From Octopus vulgaris (lineage: Eukaryota), in contig OX597837.1 in assembly GCA_951406725.2 (NCBI GenBank), forward strand, positions 41,912,001-41,976,000: a stretch of 64,000 bases of DNA, written 5' to 3'. Both the position numbers and the translations under genes were made by a program. Below the pieces are notes generated by a model. It searched no databases and had not been told where the DNA came from. It was given only the letters and a program-made list of their open reading frames with translations. Below, in pieces: positions 1 to 13,844 of this stretch (positions are counted from its first letter, which is position 1; each line of letters begins with the position of its first letter).

Positions 1-404
1 AGTGGTGCGATAAGGAAAGTGGCTGAGTAGACTTAAGATCAAATGCATTTGATCATCTGATCATCCTGCTGTGATCATTCCATCTTAATTTCAGAAAGTG
101 TTCTTTATCTAAAGGTACGGCTTGAAGGAGTTTTGGCTTCTATTTCGAGCAGGTCGAGGTGACTGCTTAATCCCCTGAGGTAGGCCATACTCGTGAGAGG
201 TTAGCGAGTACGAGTAGCAGAGTTTCTGGCTTTTACAGTGCTAAATATGGAATTTATGACTGTGGTTGTGGTGGTGGTGGTAGGGACGGTGTTGATTGCC
301 ATGGAGACAAACCAAGATGAAAATGGAAGAATCGGATGCTGGAAAACCAGATTAAATTCAATATTGTTACTGCATACATTCTTTTTCTTTTCTTTTTTTG
401 TTTT

Positions 405-813
405 TCTCTTTTACTTGTTTCAGTCATTTGACTGTGGCCATGCTGGAGCACCGCCTTTAGTCGAGCAAATCGACCCCGGGACTTATTCTTTTGTAAGCCA
501 AGTACTTATTCTATCGGTCTCTTTTTGCCGAACTGCTAAGTGACAGGGACGTAAACACACTAGCATCGGTTGTCAAGCAATGCTAGGGGGACAAACACAG
601 ACACATAAACACACACACACACATACATACATATATATATACATATATACGACAGGCTTCTTTCAGTTTCCGTCTACCAAATCCACTCACAAGGTATTGG
701 TTGGCCCGGGGCTATAGCAGAAGACACTTGCCCAAGATGCCACGCAGTGGGACTGAACCCGGAACCATGTGGTTGGTTAGCAAGCTACTTACCACACAGC
801 CACTCCTGCGCCT
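405..813 (-). mobile_element. tRNA-derived CORE-like SINE (family A), full length
   Basis: On the minus strand: A box TGGCTGTGTGG, B box GGTTCAGTCC, CORE-like CTTGGGCAAGT, internal (TA/TG)n tract, 3' CAGTCAAATGACTGAAACAAGTAAAAGAG. More than 10 copies in the window. Confidence 0.85.
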
Positions 814-989
814 ATACATACATGCACACAAACACAAACATACACATTTGAGCATGTATCTTCATGCACGCACACAAGCTAAAAATCACATGCCCAATTG
901 GCTTCTAACAAAACACTATTTCCCTATTTAAATTCACATGTACATATATGTATCCGCATCATATATATCATTCTACAAGGAAAAGTTGT

Positions 990-1164
990 AGGTGTAGGAG
1001 TGGCTGTGTGGTAAGTAGCTTGCTTACCAACCACATGGTTTCGGGTTCAGTCCCACTGCGTGGCACCTTGGGCAAGTGTCTTCTACTAACTATAGCCTCT
1101 GGCCGACCAAAGCCTTGAGAGTGGATTTGGTAGACGGAAACTGAAAGAAGCCTGTCATACATAC

Positions 1165-1209
<45 letters not shown>

Positions 1210-1423
1210 TATATATATATGTATGTATGTGTGTGTATATGTTTGTCCCCACCCCCAATATTGCTTGACAACCGATGCTGGTGTGTTTACGTTTGGCAAA
1301 AGAGACCAATAGAATAAGTACTAGGCTTACAAAGAATAAGTCCAGGGGTCATTTTTTTCAACTAAAGGCGGTGCTCCAGCATGGCCGCAGTCAAATGACA
1401 GAAACAAGTAAAAGAGAGTAAAA
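990..1423 (+). mobile_element. Family A SINE, small internal deletion
   Basis: Same head, core and tail as 405-813, in the opposite orientation. Confidence 0.85.
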
Positions 1424-2059
1424 GAAAGTGACTTCAAAGTTTTATGTTTGTTGCCTTCATCAGATTGTAAAGTATTTTTGCTTTTCCAAGCCTCATATAT
1501 ATTTTTGGCTTCAACATGTGAGCGGAGCAGTGTGATTGCAAATTAGATGTAGTATGACAGTGCATTTCTGTAACATTCAAAGAAATATCTTTACAAACAG
1601 TTTAATTAGAGTGAGCAGAAACAAGGTGAGTCTGCCTATCCAATTAAACTGCTCAAAAAGACGCCTCTTTATATGTTACTCAAATATGCTCTAACACTAC
1701 ACTTACACAGCAACCACATTACTCCATCTACAAGATGAACCAAAAAATATATATAAAGGTTGGAATACCAAAAATTTAGTCTGATAAAGGCAGTAAAACC
1801 AAAATTTCTAAGTCACAGCTGACCTTTCTCTTGTGAAAATAAAACCAATATTTAAACCAAAACTTAAAAGTATTGAATGATTCTGCAAGTAACTTTGTTT
1901 TTTTCTACACACACACACATTTACAGAGACATGTACAAATATATATATATATATATATACATAAACACACACACACATGCTCATACATACATAATATGCA
2001 GAAAATATACTAATAATTCTGTATTTATTACATTATTGCAAGCACATATATATACACAA

Positions 2060-2090
<31 letters not shown>

Positions 2091-2154
2091 GGAGAGAGAG
2101 TAAGAGATGAATTTTTTATGTTTATATATACACACACACACACAAATAAAATAT

Positions 2155-2353
2155 ATTCTTTTCTACTCTAGGCACAAAGAGGAGGGGGCCAGTCGATTAG
2201 ATAATCGCAGTACGTAACTGGTACTTAATTTATCGACCCTGAAACGATGAAAGGCAAAGTCGACCTCAGCGGAATTTGAACTCAGAACGTAAAGACAGAT
2301 GAAATACTGCTAAGCATTTTGCCCAGCGTGCTAACGATTCTGCCAGCTCGCCA
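2155..2353 (-). mobile_element. tRNA-derived Meta-like SINE (family B)
   Basis: Head GGCGAGCTGGCAGAATCGTTAGC, B box GAGTTCAAATTCC, core GTCGACTTTGCCTTTCATC..GGGTCGATAAATTAAGTACC resembling the MetaSINE central domain. Confidence 0.75.
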
Positions 2354-3076
2354 TCATGCAAAAAAAAAAATAAATTGAGAGAGAGAAAGAAGAACAGTCA
2401 GATATTTATTGTTACACACACACCCAAACATACACATTGCACACACATAATTCTGAAATAGTAACCAAATTCACACAGAGTGATAAGTAGAGAGATGCTA
2501 GGCTAGCAGCTTCTTTTATCTGGAGATTTCCCCTTCTCCATTAAACTTCTCTCACCACCCTTAAAGACACACACTCGGAGTTTACCATACACCTGAGCCT
2601 TGGCAATTATAAAACATTTATTATATTTTATTCTTCTTCCTGCAATTGTTACTGTTTTTGTTTTTGCTGTTTTGATTCCTAAACCCTTTGTTTGCGCCTT
2701 TTTTTTTCTTACTGTTAAGATGGGTAGTGGGAGGCATGGCAGGGTTCGGAGAGAATATTCCTTGGCAACAACTGAAGATTCTGGCAGGCTGGCATCATCG
2801 ACAAGAGGAAATGGTACAAGAAAGACCAAAGATTGGTAATTATTTGCTATTGTATGAATGAGATTTTGGCAGCTTTTTACCCCCAGCCCCGTCTTCAGCC
2901 CCACCTCATGCATGTGTTAGGTGCTGCTTTGGCAGAATATTAAAAAAAGGAAAATACTAAAAGAACTAGCCCCGGGGGACTGTAGCGCCGCCGTGTGTGT
3001 GTCTGTATGCTTAAAGCAATACAAAGGTAAATGTTAAAAAAAAAAAAGAAAAAAAAATGATCCTGAAAAAAGGTCA

Positions 3077-3165
3077 GAGAGAAGGAGAGACACAGAGAAG
3101 GAGAGACACAGAGAAGGAGAGACACAGAGAAGGAGAGACACAGAGAAGGAGAGACACAGAGAAGG
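3077..3165. repeat. 16-bp minisatellite (AGAGAAGGAGAGACAC) x~5.5
   Basis: Exact tandem copies visible. Confidence 0.9.
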
Positions 3166-3608
3166 CGTTATTGTATTGGCGGGGCCTACGCTAGCCACCT
3201 TCAAAGGTTGAGCTGCCAGTGGGCAGAATGCGGAACTGTTAAGTACGAGGTGTGATTAGTGGCCTACTGTGACATCATTAACCACAATTACTACAAATAA
3301 AACACAGTTGTTGTTGTCGTTGTTGTTGTTGTACGTCGTAGCAGTGGTGCGATGAGAGAAAATTTTAGCCTTTCGCTTCTTGCTTGTAAAATTGGTTTAT
3401 AATTTCACTGAATTGATGCCAGAAAGCCGGCTATAATTTGAAAACTGTTAATAATGAGTGTATGAGGAAGCTGTGCCACTCATTATATTTTATTATAGGC
3501 CTTTCGAATAAATATCGCCAAGATTGAAACAGTAACTCAGCTATTTTGGAAAGCGGAAACATTATGGCACACACGCACACAGACTTTAAGCGGTATGATA
3601 ACAAGTTT

Positions 3609-3638
3609 ACATATACACATATACATACATATATATAT

Positions 3639-3679
<41 letters not shown>

Positions 3680-4101
3680 CATATATATATATATATATAG
3701 ATAGATATATAGATAGATAGATAGATACATACATATACATACATATATACATATATATTCATACATACATATAAACTTATACATACACATATACATATAT
3801 ATACACATATATATGTACATATATATACACTCACATATATAAATACATATACATACAAACATATATATATATATACATATATATATACACACACATATAT
3901 ATATACATATATGTACATATATATACATATATATATACACACATATATATATATAAATATATGTACACACACATACATATATATATATACATATATATAC
4001 ACACATATATATATATACATATATACATACATATATATATATATATACATACACATATTTATATATACATGTATACATACATACACATACATACATATAT
4101 A
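3609..4101. repeat. Compound (TA/CA/TAGA)n microsatellite
   Basis: Direct reading. Confidence 0.95.
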
Positions 4102-5064
4102 TGGGTGGATTTGGTAGACAGCAGGACATCCACTCATAAGAGCCCTGCCAAAACAGACAGTGAAGCCTGGGGCAGCCTTCTGTTTAGCCAAACAGTCCAA
4201 CCCATGCCAGCATGGAAAACGAATGTCAAAGGATGACGATGACATATATATATATATATAAGATTGGGGGATGTGAATGAGTTTGTCCCTCCACAAATAC
4301 TGTGGAGTAAATACTGTGAAATGTTAAAGATTTCAACAGATGGCAATTAGATAATGACAACAGTTCTAAGGAAACTGGTCCCTGGATAATTACACCCAGA
4401 ATGATCACCCTAATTAAAAGTAAATCAAGAAAAAGCGTACTTAAAGGGTTACAAATAAATTCTTATAAAACCAATTAGGGTTTTATTTCCATATTTTATC
4501 TATTATTCACTAATTATTCCAAACGATAAGGCTTATGTTCTTGCATTGTTATAACTTTACCATTGAAATTGCTAATTGCGGGCTGCGTACAAACACAATA
4601 TTTAACAATGATTATAATTGCAAAATTAATAATCATCAGAGGACAGTTAATTGGGGAGGGAGGGGGGAGTAGTCCTATGGAGACAATTATCTGAAGGAAG
4701 CTGTGAGAAAGGAGAGAACGTTATATTTCAATAGGTTTTCCCCTTACGGGATCCAAGTTATTTAATTATTTTAAATGAAGAAATCAGGGAAGTTTCATTA
4801 CCGTCTTTGAGCCAGTTCCCTTATATGACTCAGAGGCATGGATCGTCTATAAGGCTTCAAATATGATTAGATGGTTGTCATAGTTAACTCATACGAAAAT
4901 GAGGAAATATTTTGTTGAAAAATGCATCCAGCATCCCAACACCAAAACAAATTTATGGAACTTTAGGATCAACTCCTAAACAATGAGGCAAATATTTGGT
5001 TGTCAGATAAATTCATTTCTGCTTTTTTTACGTTATTTAAAAAATTTTTTTTTTTTTGCAATAA

Positions 5065-5454
5065 TCTATATATATAAAGCTGAAGTTGTCTGTGTATGGC
5101 AGGTTTGGTAGCCTTCAACTAACACTATCTCCTCCGAGACCCTGCGGCGCAAGTTGACCAAAATTGAGAGTATGATAGAAGAAGGTTTGCTCTTCCTTCC
5201 GTAGAAGAAAAAATTCAAATCGGACCATGTTAACACCAAAAATTATTTACATCAAAAAGGTGCTTTTTTTCTATCAAAATCCCTATTTTTTACAATTTTT
5301 TGACTGCTGTGTTGCCATTTTTCAGTGTATTTCAACCAGAAAAATGTTCACTTAAAGAGAATAACAAGCTACATAATGAAAATTTTTTACTTTTCAAAAA
5401 TTCCAATTCTAAAGGGTCGAAACAAACCCGAGCAATGCCGGGCGATACTGCTAG
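5065..5454 (+). mobile_element. Non-autonomous Helitron, intact ends
   Basis: 5' A|TCTATATATATAAA; 3' GC-rich hairpin CCCGAGCAATGCCGGG (5427-5442) just before CTAG|T. Inserted between A and T with no TSD. Confidence 0.85.
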
Positions 5455-6023
5455 TTCATTTTAATTCTTTCTCATGTTATTTGAATTACTGCAAAAAATA
5501 TTTTTATTGTAGTGTTTTATGATATTTTTGTTAACTCTTTTCTTCTACAACTTTTGTTCATCAATTATAAAACTTGATTTAATTTTACCTCTTCCAAGAC
5601 TACGAAATACAAAGCAGAAAAACCAACAAATTTATGACTACACAATACAATTTACTAAGCAGCACTTCAGTGTCCTCATTTGTCTTTTGGAGATTTCAAA
5701 TAGCTGATAAGAAAAGCCACAAGCTCTCCTTCTATCCTGATGTTGTCACTTGGAACTGAAGACATGAAGTGTGAGACCTGAGCATGGTTCTGCCAAATCC
5801 TCAATTCTAGAGAGAAAGAATGAAGTGTGTCTTGACTGGGGTTGCCAAATGCTGAAGTGTTGACTGCTCTTCCTTTTGAATACTTAAATATTTCATTAGC
5901 GGGTTCCTCTCCTGCATCTCAGATAAGCCATGTTCAGTAGGCAGGGCAGCAAACTCTTTTAACTGCAAGGCCATAGCTGGAACTCTATTAAGGCTAACAC
6001 AAAGGAAGTACACAGTACAAAGT

Positions 6024-6460
6024 GTGTGTATGTGTGTGTGTGTGTAAGCATAGACATATGTATATATTTATACACGTTGTTATATATATGTGTGTGTATG
6101 TATGCATATGTGTATAAGTGTATATATGTGTATGCATATGTGCATATGTATGTATACATATATACATACATGTGTGTATATATATGTATATATGTGTGTA
6201 TATATATATTTATGCATACATATATGTATATATACATGTATATGTATATATTTATACATACATATATGTATATATGAAGGTGTATGTATATATATATATA
6301 CATGCATATATGTATTTATATATAGGTGTATGTATACACATACATATATGTATATATACATATGTATATGTAGGTGTATTTGCGTGTATATATGTGTATG
6401 TGTGTGTGTACATATATATGTGTGTGTGTATATATATGTGTGTGTATACATATTTATACA
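6024..6460. repeat. Compound (TA/TG)n microsatellite
   Basis: Direct reading. Confidence 0.95.
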
Positions 6461-8104
6461 GAACTTGTAAGTGAGGGACATTATTTGAATAAACACATAC
6501 ACTATCATTTGAGTACTCTTAACCTTGAATTGTGATACACTGTCTTTCTTTTTTATAAATATGAACATACAACTACACACACACACACAAGAAAGACAGA
6601 CAGACAGAGAAGGAAGCCAGACAGAGAAGGAAGCCAGACAGTGTCAAGCAATATAAAACTGTGGTTCAGTTTTAATTTCATTATTTAAAGAAGATCATTT
6701 CTCTAATGTTAGCGGTACACTTGCTAGCAAATTTGTTGATACAATATTTCCTGGCCAGGTTATTGGATTATCTTGGCCATCTACGACATAAGCCATTAAA
6801 CTGTTTAACCCTGTCAACAAAAGTATCACTTGAAAAATGTCACGTGACCGAGTTTAATTGGGTAGAATTGGGCTCTTGTGTTTGCAGAGAACTGACCTCA
6901 GATGTCACAGAATGTACAATACAAACAGTGTTGTAAATATTTGGTCAATGCTATTATTAATAACTATGTAAACAGAAATAAAAATTCACGAAATAACAAA
7001 CAAAGATTTTCCACAGAAATTCTCAGAAACTGTCAAATTTAAATAAAAAGAATTCTTTTTTTTTTTTAAATTCTGAAAAAAAAAAAATTTTTTTCTCTTT
7101 CTATTAAAATAACTAAATAAATAGAGAATGTTCAAATTCGAATGTCTGTGTGTGTGTGTGTGTGTGCGTGTGTAGGTGGGTGGGGTGAGGTAAAACAACA
7201 ATAACAAGAAAAATAGAATCTAAATTTAGTGGGGAGAAAAAGAAAAGAAATTTTTGTTATGAATGAAGGGTTGTGTTTGGTTGTGAATAGATCTTGTTGG
7301 AAGTGGACCTGAAGGTTTACTGTCTTAAATTGATTCTCCTTGCTTCAATTCTTTGCTTTTTATATTCAGCGACTCTGTGTTTTGAGTTCTTTTAAATTAC
7401 TCTTTTAAAAATTATTTAAAAAAAGGAAAAAAAAAAAAAAATAATAATACTTGGTATTCAATGAAATTGAAAGCAATGAGAATAAAAATATCATTTTCAA
7501 ATCTAATAAATGATATTCAACTGAAAATTATATTTCTATATCATCAACAACATTCAAAAATTTTTTTAGTCTTTTGCTTTATATTTACAGCATTTTTTTT
7601 TTTATTATTTGCTTATTAAAAAATGTTTCTATAGTTATTTTTATTCTATATTCTCTTAATTTTTTTTTCTCTTATTTAAATTATTTCTAAATGAAAATCG
7701 TAAAGGAGCTGATAAAAATATATTTTTATGTGAATCGTATAACTAAATAGAATATTAAAAGCTTTCTTTCTTTCAAATCAAATGTGAAAACATTCGTTTA
7801 AAAATCTATTTAATTTTTATTTATTTTTCTTGTTATTGTTCACACTACCTGCAACCTGACAGGGTTAAACATGATTTAAATCTGTAATATATAATAAATT
7901 TTACCTCTGCTCTTTGGAAATGTTTTAAAGGCGGAATTTGGAAATCTTGTCATTAACATAATAATCGCAAGCAAAATAGAAGAAAGATTCTAATGGGATT
8001 CTGAACACACCAAAAGGGAACAAAGTGTCTTAATGTAGGGGACACATATGAAAGGGTGTCTAGAAATGAGATGAGACTGTTAGATGTGGTTGTTCGGATG
8101 CAGG

Positions 8105-8336
8105 AGGCGGCGAGCTGGCAGAACCGTTAGCACGCCGGGCGAAATGTTTAGCAGTATTTCGTCTGCCGTTACGTTCTGAGTTCCAATTCCGCCGAGGTCG
8201 ACTTTGCCTTTCATCCTTTCGGGGTCGATAAATTAAGAAACAGTTACGCACTGGGGTCGATGTAATCGACTTAATCCGTTTGTCTGTCCTTGTTTGTCCC
8301 CTCTGTGTTTAGCCCCTTGTGGGTAGTAAAGAAATA
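8105..8336 (+). mobile_element. Family B (Meta-like) SINE, full length
   Basis: Head, B box, core and tail ...CCCCTTGTGGGTAGTAAAGAAATA. Confidence 0.85.
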
Positions 8337-8476
8337 TATGTGGATGCAGGAGATTTGGTATGGCTGAGTGGACATTGGAGCTGTTTTGGTGATAGTCATT
8401 TGTGGCACTTGAGGCAAAGACACACACACACACACACAGACACACACACACATTTGCATGTGTGTATTTTCTTTTT

Positions 8477-8832
8477 TCTTTTACTTGTTTCAGTCATTTC
8501 ACTGCGGCCATGCTGGAGCACCGCCTTTTTAGTCGAGCAGATCGACCCCCAGGACTTATTCTTTGTAAGTCTAGTACTTATTCTATCGGTCTCTTTTTGC
8601 TGAACCACTAAGTTACGGGGGACGTAAACACACCAGCATCGGTTGTCAAGCGATGATGGAGGAACAAGCACAGACACACAAACATATACACACACATACA
8701 TATATATGACGTGCTTCTTTCAGTTTCCATCTACCAAATCCACTCACAAGGCTTTGGACAGCCCGAGGCTATAGTAGAAGACACTTGCCCAAGGTGCCAT
8801 GCAGTGGGACTGAACCCGGAACTATGTGGTTG
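8477..8832 (-). mobile_element. Family A SINE, 5' head truncated
   Basis: Matches family A from the tail up to the B box. Confidence 0.8.
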
Positions 8833-9742
8833 ACTTTGCCTTTCGGGGATTGATAGAAGAAGTACCAGTTGAGCACTTACAAAAATAAGTTACCAATTGA
8901 GCACTGATGTAATCGACTTACAAAAACCCCTGAAATTTCTGGCCCATATCATAGAAGTATAACCAATTTATTGCATGTGAATTTTAACAATAAAATTTCA
9001 TACGAATCCCATTGGACCCTCGTGTCCAGCTAAGTAACATCTACTAACTACCAATGGCCTTCTTTTAGTAAACAAATACCTAAGTTTGAGAAGAAGATGT
9101 TTCAAAACCTCCAGAGTCTTCAGAATTTCAACTAAGATTAACCCAATAAAGCATAGAAAACAGAATAAGAATAAGGTAAGAACATAAAGTAGAAGAAATC
9201 AGGAAATGGCGCTGGAGAGGATATTCTTTAAGTCATCCCAATTAAATTTCAATGGCTTCATTTTTAACATAATAGCAAATAGGAAATTAATCAGAGAAAG
9301 AAATTGGTATCAAAATAAATAAATAAAATTTTTTTTAAATTGGCAGGAAAATATGTTGAAGTTTGAATTATATTTACTTGTGTATTAGAGTTTTATTTTT
9401 GATCATCTTTCACTCAATGTATGGCATGGAAGGAAGCATCGTGCGTGAGAGTATGTGTATAAACACACATGCACGTACATAAATATACACAGATACGGAC
9501 ATACACATTTGGGGGTGTGTATGTATGTATGTATGTATGTAACAGAGCACATACTTATGTGAGAGTCTGTGTGTGTGTATGTTTGATTTGACAAACAAGA
9601 GGAACCAGTCAGTACAGAGCAAAGTGTACTTACCACAGTGGTGGACATAAAGTGCACTCTCTGACAATCACACACGTAAAAACATATACACCCACCACAC
9701 ACATATAAATAGATATGCAAGTGTCAACTTGACTGATATATA

Positions 9743-9795
9743 TATTGGGTTGACCGGAAAGTTCATGCCGATTTATAGTAGCTTACCTTTTGATT
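9743..9795 (+). mobile_element. Solitary mariner-like terminal repeat
   Basis: TA|TTGGGTTGACCGGAAAGTTC resembles mariner TIR starts; no partner found. Confidence 0.4.
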
Positions 9796-9825
9796 ATACA
9801 AATATCATTACCAGGGCAGCTAACT

Positions 9826-10183
9826 GGCGTTTGTGCAGGTGGCACGTAAAAAGCATCACTCAAGCATGATCATTACCAGTGTCGCCTTACTGGCTCTTGT
9901 GCTGGTGTGCAGGTGACACGTAAATAAAAAAAACACAATTTTTCCATGATCGTTGCCAGTACCGCCTGACTGTCCCTCGTGCCGGTGGCACGTAAAAGCA
10001 CCCACTACACTCTCGGAGTGGTTGGCGCTAGGAAGGGCCATCCAGCTGTAGAAACCTTTCCAAATCGGGATTGGAGCCTGGTGCAACCATCTGGTTCGCC
10101 AGACCTGAGTCAAATCGTCCAACCCATGCTAGCATGGAAAGCAGACATTAAACGACGATGACGATGATGATGATGATGATGAT
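9826..10183 (+). mobile_element. Family C retroposon (internal GGCACGTAAAAAGCACC repeats, RTE-like tail, (GAT)n end)
   Basis: ...GGAAGGGCCATCCAGCTGTAGAAAC...CCAACCCATGCTAGCATGGAAAGCAGACATTAAACGA(GAT)n; about 10 copies in the window. Confidence 0.75.
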
Positions 10184-11839
10184 GGTAACCAATACCGATG
10201 ATTTTCAGCTGGAATTTCTTAGAATAAACACCAGTAATCTTAATGGGACAGGGTTGAGAAAGGCATAGCGCTGACCCTTATCTTCAGCTTCTAACAGATA
10301 GAACCACATTTGGATTATTTCTTGGATTACTTCAACTCATTTATTTCCTTCACCCTCAGCATCTTTCAACTTTGTATCATCCTTTGCCCATCCACGAATA
10401 TATCTCTCATCTTTATTATCTATCCTACTAGTTACCGAGCAACTTGCACTATCTTTTGCTGCCTGTGTTATCTTCCATTTTACATTATAAAGAAAAACAA
10501 CAACAACAACAACGGCAGCAACAGCAACAACAACAACAACGAAAGCCCATTTATATCTTAATTTCGTTTCCAGTAAAAGCAAAATAGACTTTATACGTAA
10601 ATATCAAACAGAAGCTATGAATCCATTCTGAGATATGGCCAGGGACGATGGAGCAGAGGAGGACCAGGGTAAGTGGCAGAAGACTTTTATTCCTAGCAAG
10701 AAAACAAGACAGAAGATGGTGCCCAAGATATGTCAAGGGATGGAAGAAGAGAATGAATGAGGAAAAGAGATGAAGAATTACTACGCAATCTATATCAAAA
10801 CTATCCAATCAAAAGTGAGCAGTCAAATCCTTCACTAGAAATGCCTGTCACTGGTCAGTGGCAAATAGATTCTTCTTTCTGTTAATGCATACCAACACAC
10901 TGTGCCATTCATTACAATGGCAAGAGGATATCTCCATTGTATCTGCCTGTACGTTCGCATATTGTCTCCACTCAAGTGAAAAGAAATAAAGAATTGGTAA
11001 AAAGAAGAAAAAATAGAAGCAATATGCATTTAGGAAGGCTGTTGGGGAGAAAAATCAATTTGTTTCATTTCCCAGAAAGTCCCAATTTCTTTGAAGCTGA
11101 CAATAACAGGACCCAATCTGAAGATTGAAAAGCCATCAACGAACAAGAAGAAATGATTATTTCAGCAAATTTAGAGGTTAAGAAATGAAACATTTCTTGA
11201 CAGCCTCTTGGTGGTGACTGGTGACTGATTTCTTTATGGTGAATTGAAGAAAAGAGAGAGAGAGAGAATTTTGGATGGAAATAAATTAACTTGGATACGA
11301 AATAAACAATTGGAGAAAGTTTGTCGGTCTCTGTTGTGACTAGACTTGCTGCTAGAGAAACATTTGCCGAGATACGGGAATTAAAAATGAAATTAAATAA
11401 AGAGATAAATTAAAGAAATTCGAATAAAATGTGGTTCGTGGGGAAATAAAATATCGAAGAAAATGAAATATAACGAAATGGAACCAAAGTGAGACGAATA
11501 AATAATTATTTGTGTTTGTTTTCTTTTAGATAATTAAAAAATTATATGCACATGTGGGTACGACAATTAATCTAACGAGTTACACACTAAGCTATAATAA
11601 AGGGAAAAAAGTAAAAAAGAGAAAGCGTTCTTAATCATAACACAGAAAGGAAATAAACACACGGGGACACACACACACACACACGTCCACACGTGTGTGT
11701 ACACACACACACACAGACATACTATAACTAGAAAGACTACTGTTTGGCAGACAAGTGTCTCAGACATACAATAAATTGTTGACCTCCTGGTTAACAGTCT
11801 AATGCAGTCAGTCTATCAAGTTAACTATAGCCTACTTGT

Positions 11840-11964
11840 GTGCAGGTGAGCAGGTGTGTGTGAGTGTGGGGTATGCAGGTGTGTGCACGTGTGTGTGTGC
11901 AAGTATGTATATACATATATATATATATACATATATATATGTATATATATACACACACATATAC

Positions 11965-12035
<71 letters not shown>

Positions 12036-12279
12036 TATATATATATACACAGAACACAGACATGTATGCGTATAATGTATGTTTGTGGGGGTATGCAGGT
12101 GTGTGTGTAGGTATGTGCATGTACAGGTGTGTGCACGTATGTGTGTGCAAGTATGTATATATATACACACAGAGACATGTATGTGTATAATGTGTGTAGT
12201 GTGGGGGGGGGGGTATGCAGGTGTGTGTGTGCAGGTATGTGCATGTGCAAATGTGTGCACGTGTGTATGTGCAAGTATG

Positions 12280-12329
<50 letters not shown>

Positions 12330-12417
12330 TGCATGTGTATAATGTGTGTATGTGTGTGGGGGGTATGTAGGTGTGTGTTTGTGCAGGTATGTGCATGTGC
12401 AGGTGTGTGCAAGTATG

Positions 12418-12449
<32 letters not shown>

Positions 12450-12480
12450 CACACACACACGCATGTGTATAATGTGTGTG
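11840..12480. repeat. (TA/TG)-rich degenerate minisatellite with recurring GGGGTATGCAGGTGTGTG units
   Basis: The unit recurs at ~11868, 12087, 12210 and 12360. Confidence 0.85.
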
Positions 12481-13844
12481 TGAAGACACAAACAGGAGGC
12501 AAGTGACAAACAAGTTTTTCCCTGCTTTATTGCTGAATCAGAAAACACAAAGACCTTGAGTTATTGCTTTCTGTAAAAAGGGGGAAGAATGCGATGGAGA
12601 GGTGGGGGGACCCCCCAAAAAAACAAAGCTATCCAAATACATGCGATCCTCTACCGTCTCCAACACTCGCCACCCCCCTCCCCAACTCCAATATCCACCG
12701 ATAAATAAAAAAAGATCTTAGAATACATGTTGAACCGTTTCCCACCCCTCATCCCTGCCGCATGCCAATAATACATAAACAAATAAAGAAAGGGAAAAAA
12801 GAAGAATTAATTCCAAGAAAGATAATGATCTTTAGACTCAGCTGCAGGCCATTACGGTTCCGTTACTCCATATGTCGTATTCATGATAGATTTAAGTTTC
12901 TGTGTTTCCGGGAATATTTCTCGTTTGGTTGATATATATCGTTGTCAAACCTACCGACTGCAATAATGCCGTGGGAACGCAGGGACAGAAAAAAGTTCAA
13001 ACAAACAATGAATTTATGAGAGATGTTCTGCACCAGTGACCTGTGACACATTAGCAAAACTTGACAAATTGGCATGCATATTGCACATTAATGCAGGAAG
13101 AGTAATATTCCAGAGAGAGGGAGAGAAAGAGAGAGAGGGAGAGAAAGAGGGAGAGGGAGAGAAGACCTTGTGTTTACTATATATATATTGATTGCAAAAA
13201 AAAACAAACCATGTTTGTTTGTACATGCTGGTGTCACGAGTTACATCCCTTCGCATCAAAAAGGTGACTTAGCCATTTAATACAGATCAAATATGAACAT
13301 TAAAATTTATGTATAATACTCACCCCTTTTTTTACCCACCAAAATTCAAGATTAAAACTAGGGGGTATTCACAAAACATGGCATTTCGCTGTAGAGACTT
13401 TCTCCACCAACTACGAAGAAAAACTACAATAATATTGGATTGGATTGTGTATGTTCAATCCACTGCAAGACAAGGGCCTCGGCATCTTCTCCCCAGTAAC
13501 CAAAGTCTGATGTAGAGGTTGCAAATTTGAGCTGGAGATCATACTAGTTTGATGAGCCTACTAAGTCCCGCACAAACTCGACATAACTTGGCAGAGAAGT
13601 GCAGTGTTTTTTAATACTCTTACCCAGGTGAAGTTAAGTTGATTGCATTAACTTTCAGTGTTCAACTAGTAATTATTTTATTGACCATGGAAAGATGAAA
13701 GGCAAAGCTGGCCTTAGTGGAATTTGAACCTAAAACATAATTTCAATACAATTCAATTCAATTTTTATTGGCTCAAAAAGCAAAAGCAAGGCCATGTAGG
13801 GGGACAGGGAGTTATGTACAGGGAGGGTGGTCAGAAGATAGATG

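Noticed and set aside
4226-4408. ILGVIIQG...LLSLSN resembling FUT8 LRGVILDIHFLS
   Set aside because: The similarity is too weak, flanking motifs are absent, and the intervening exons are missing.
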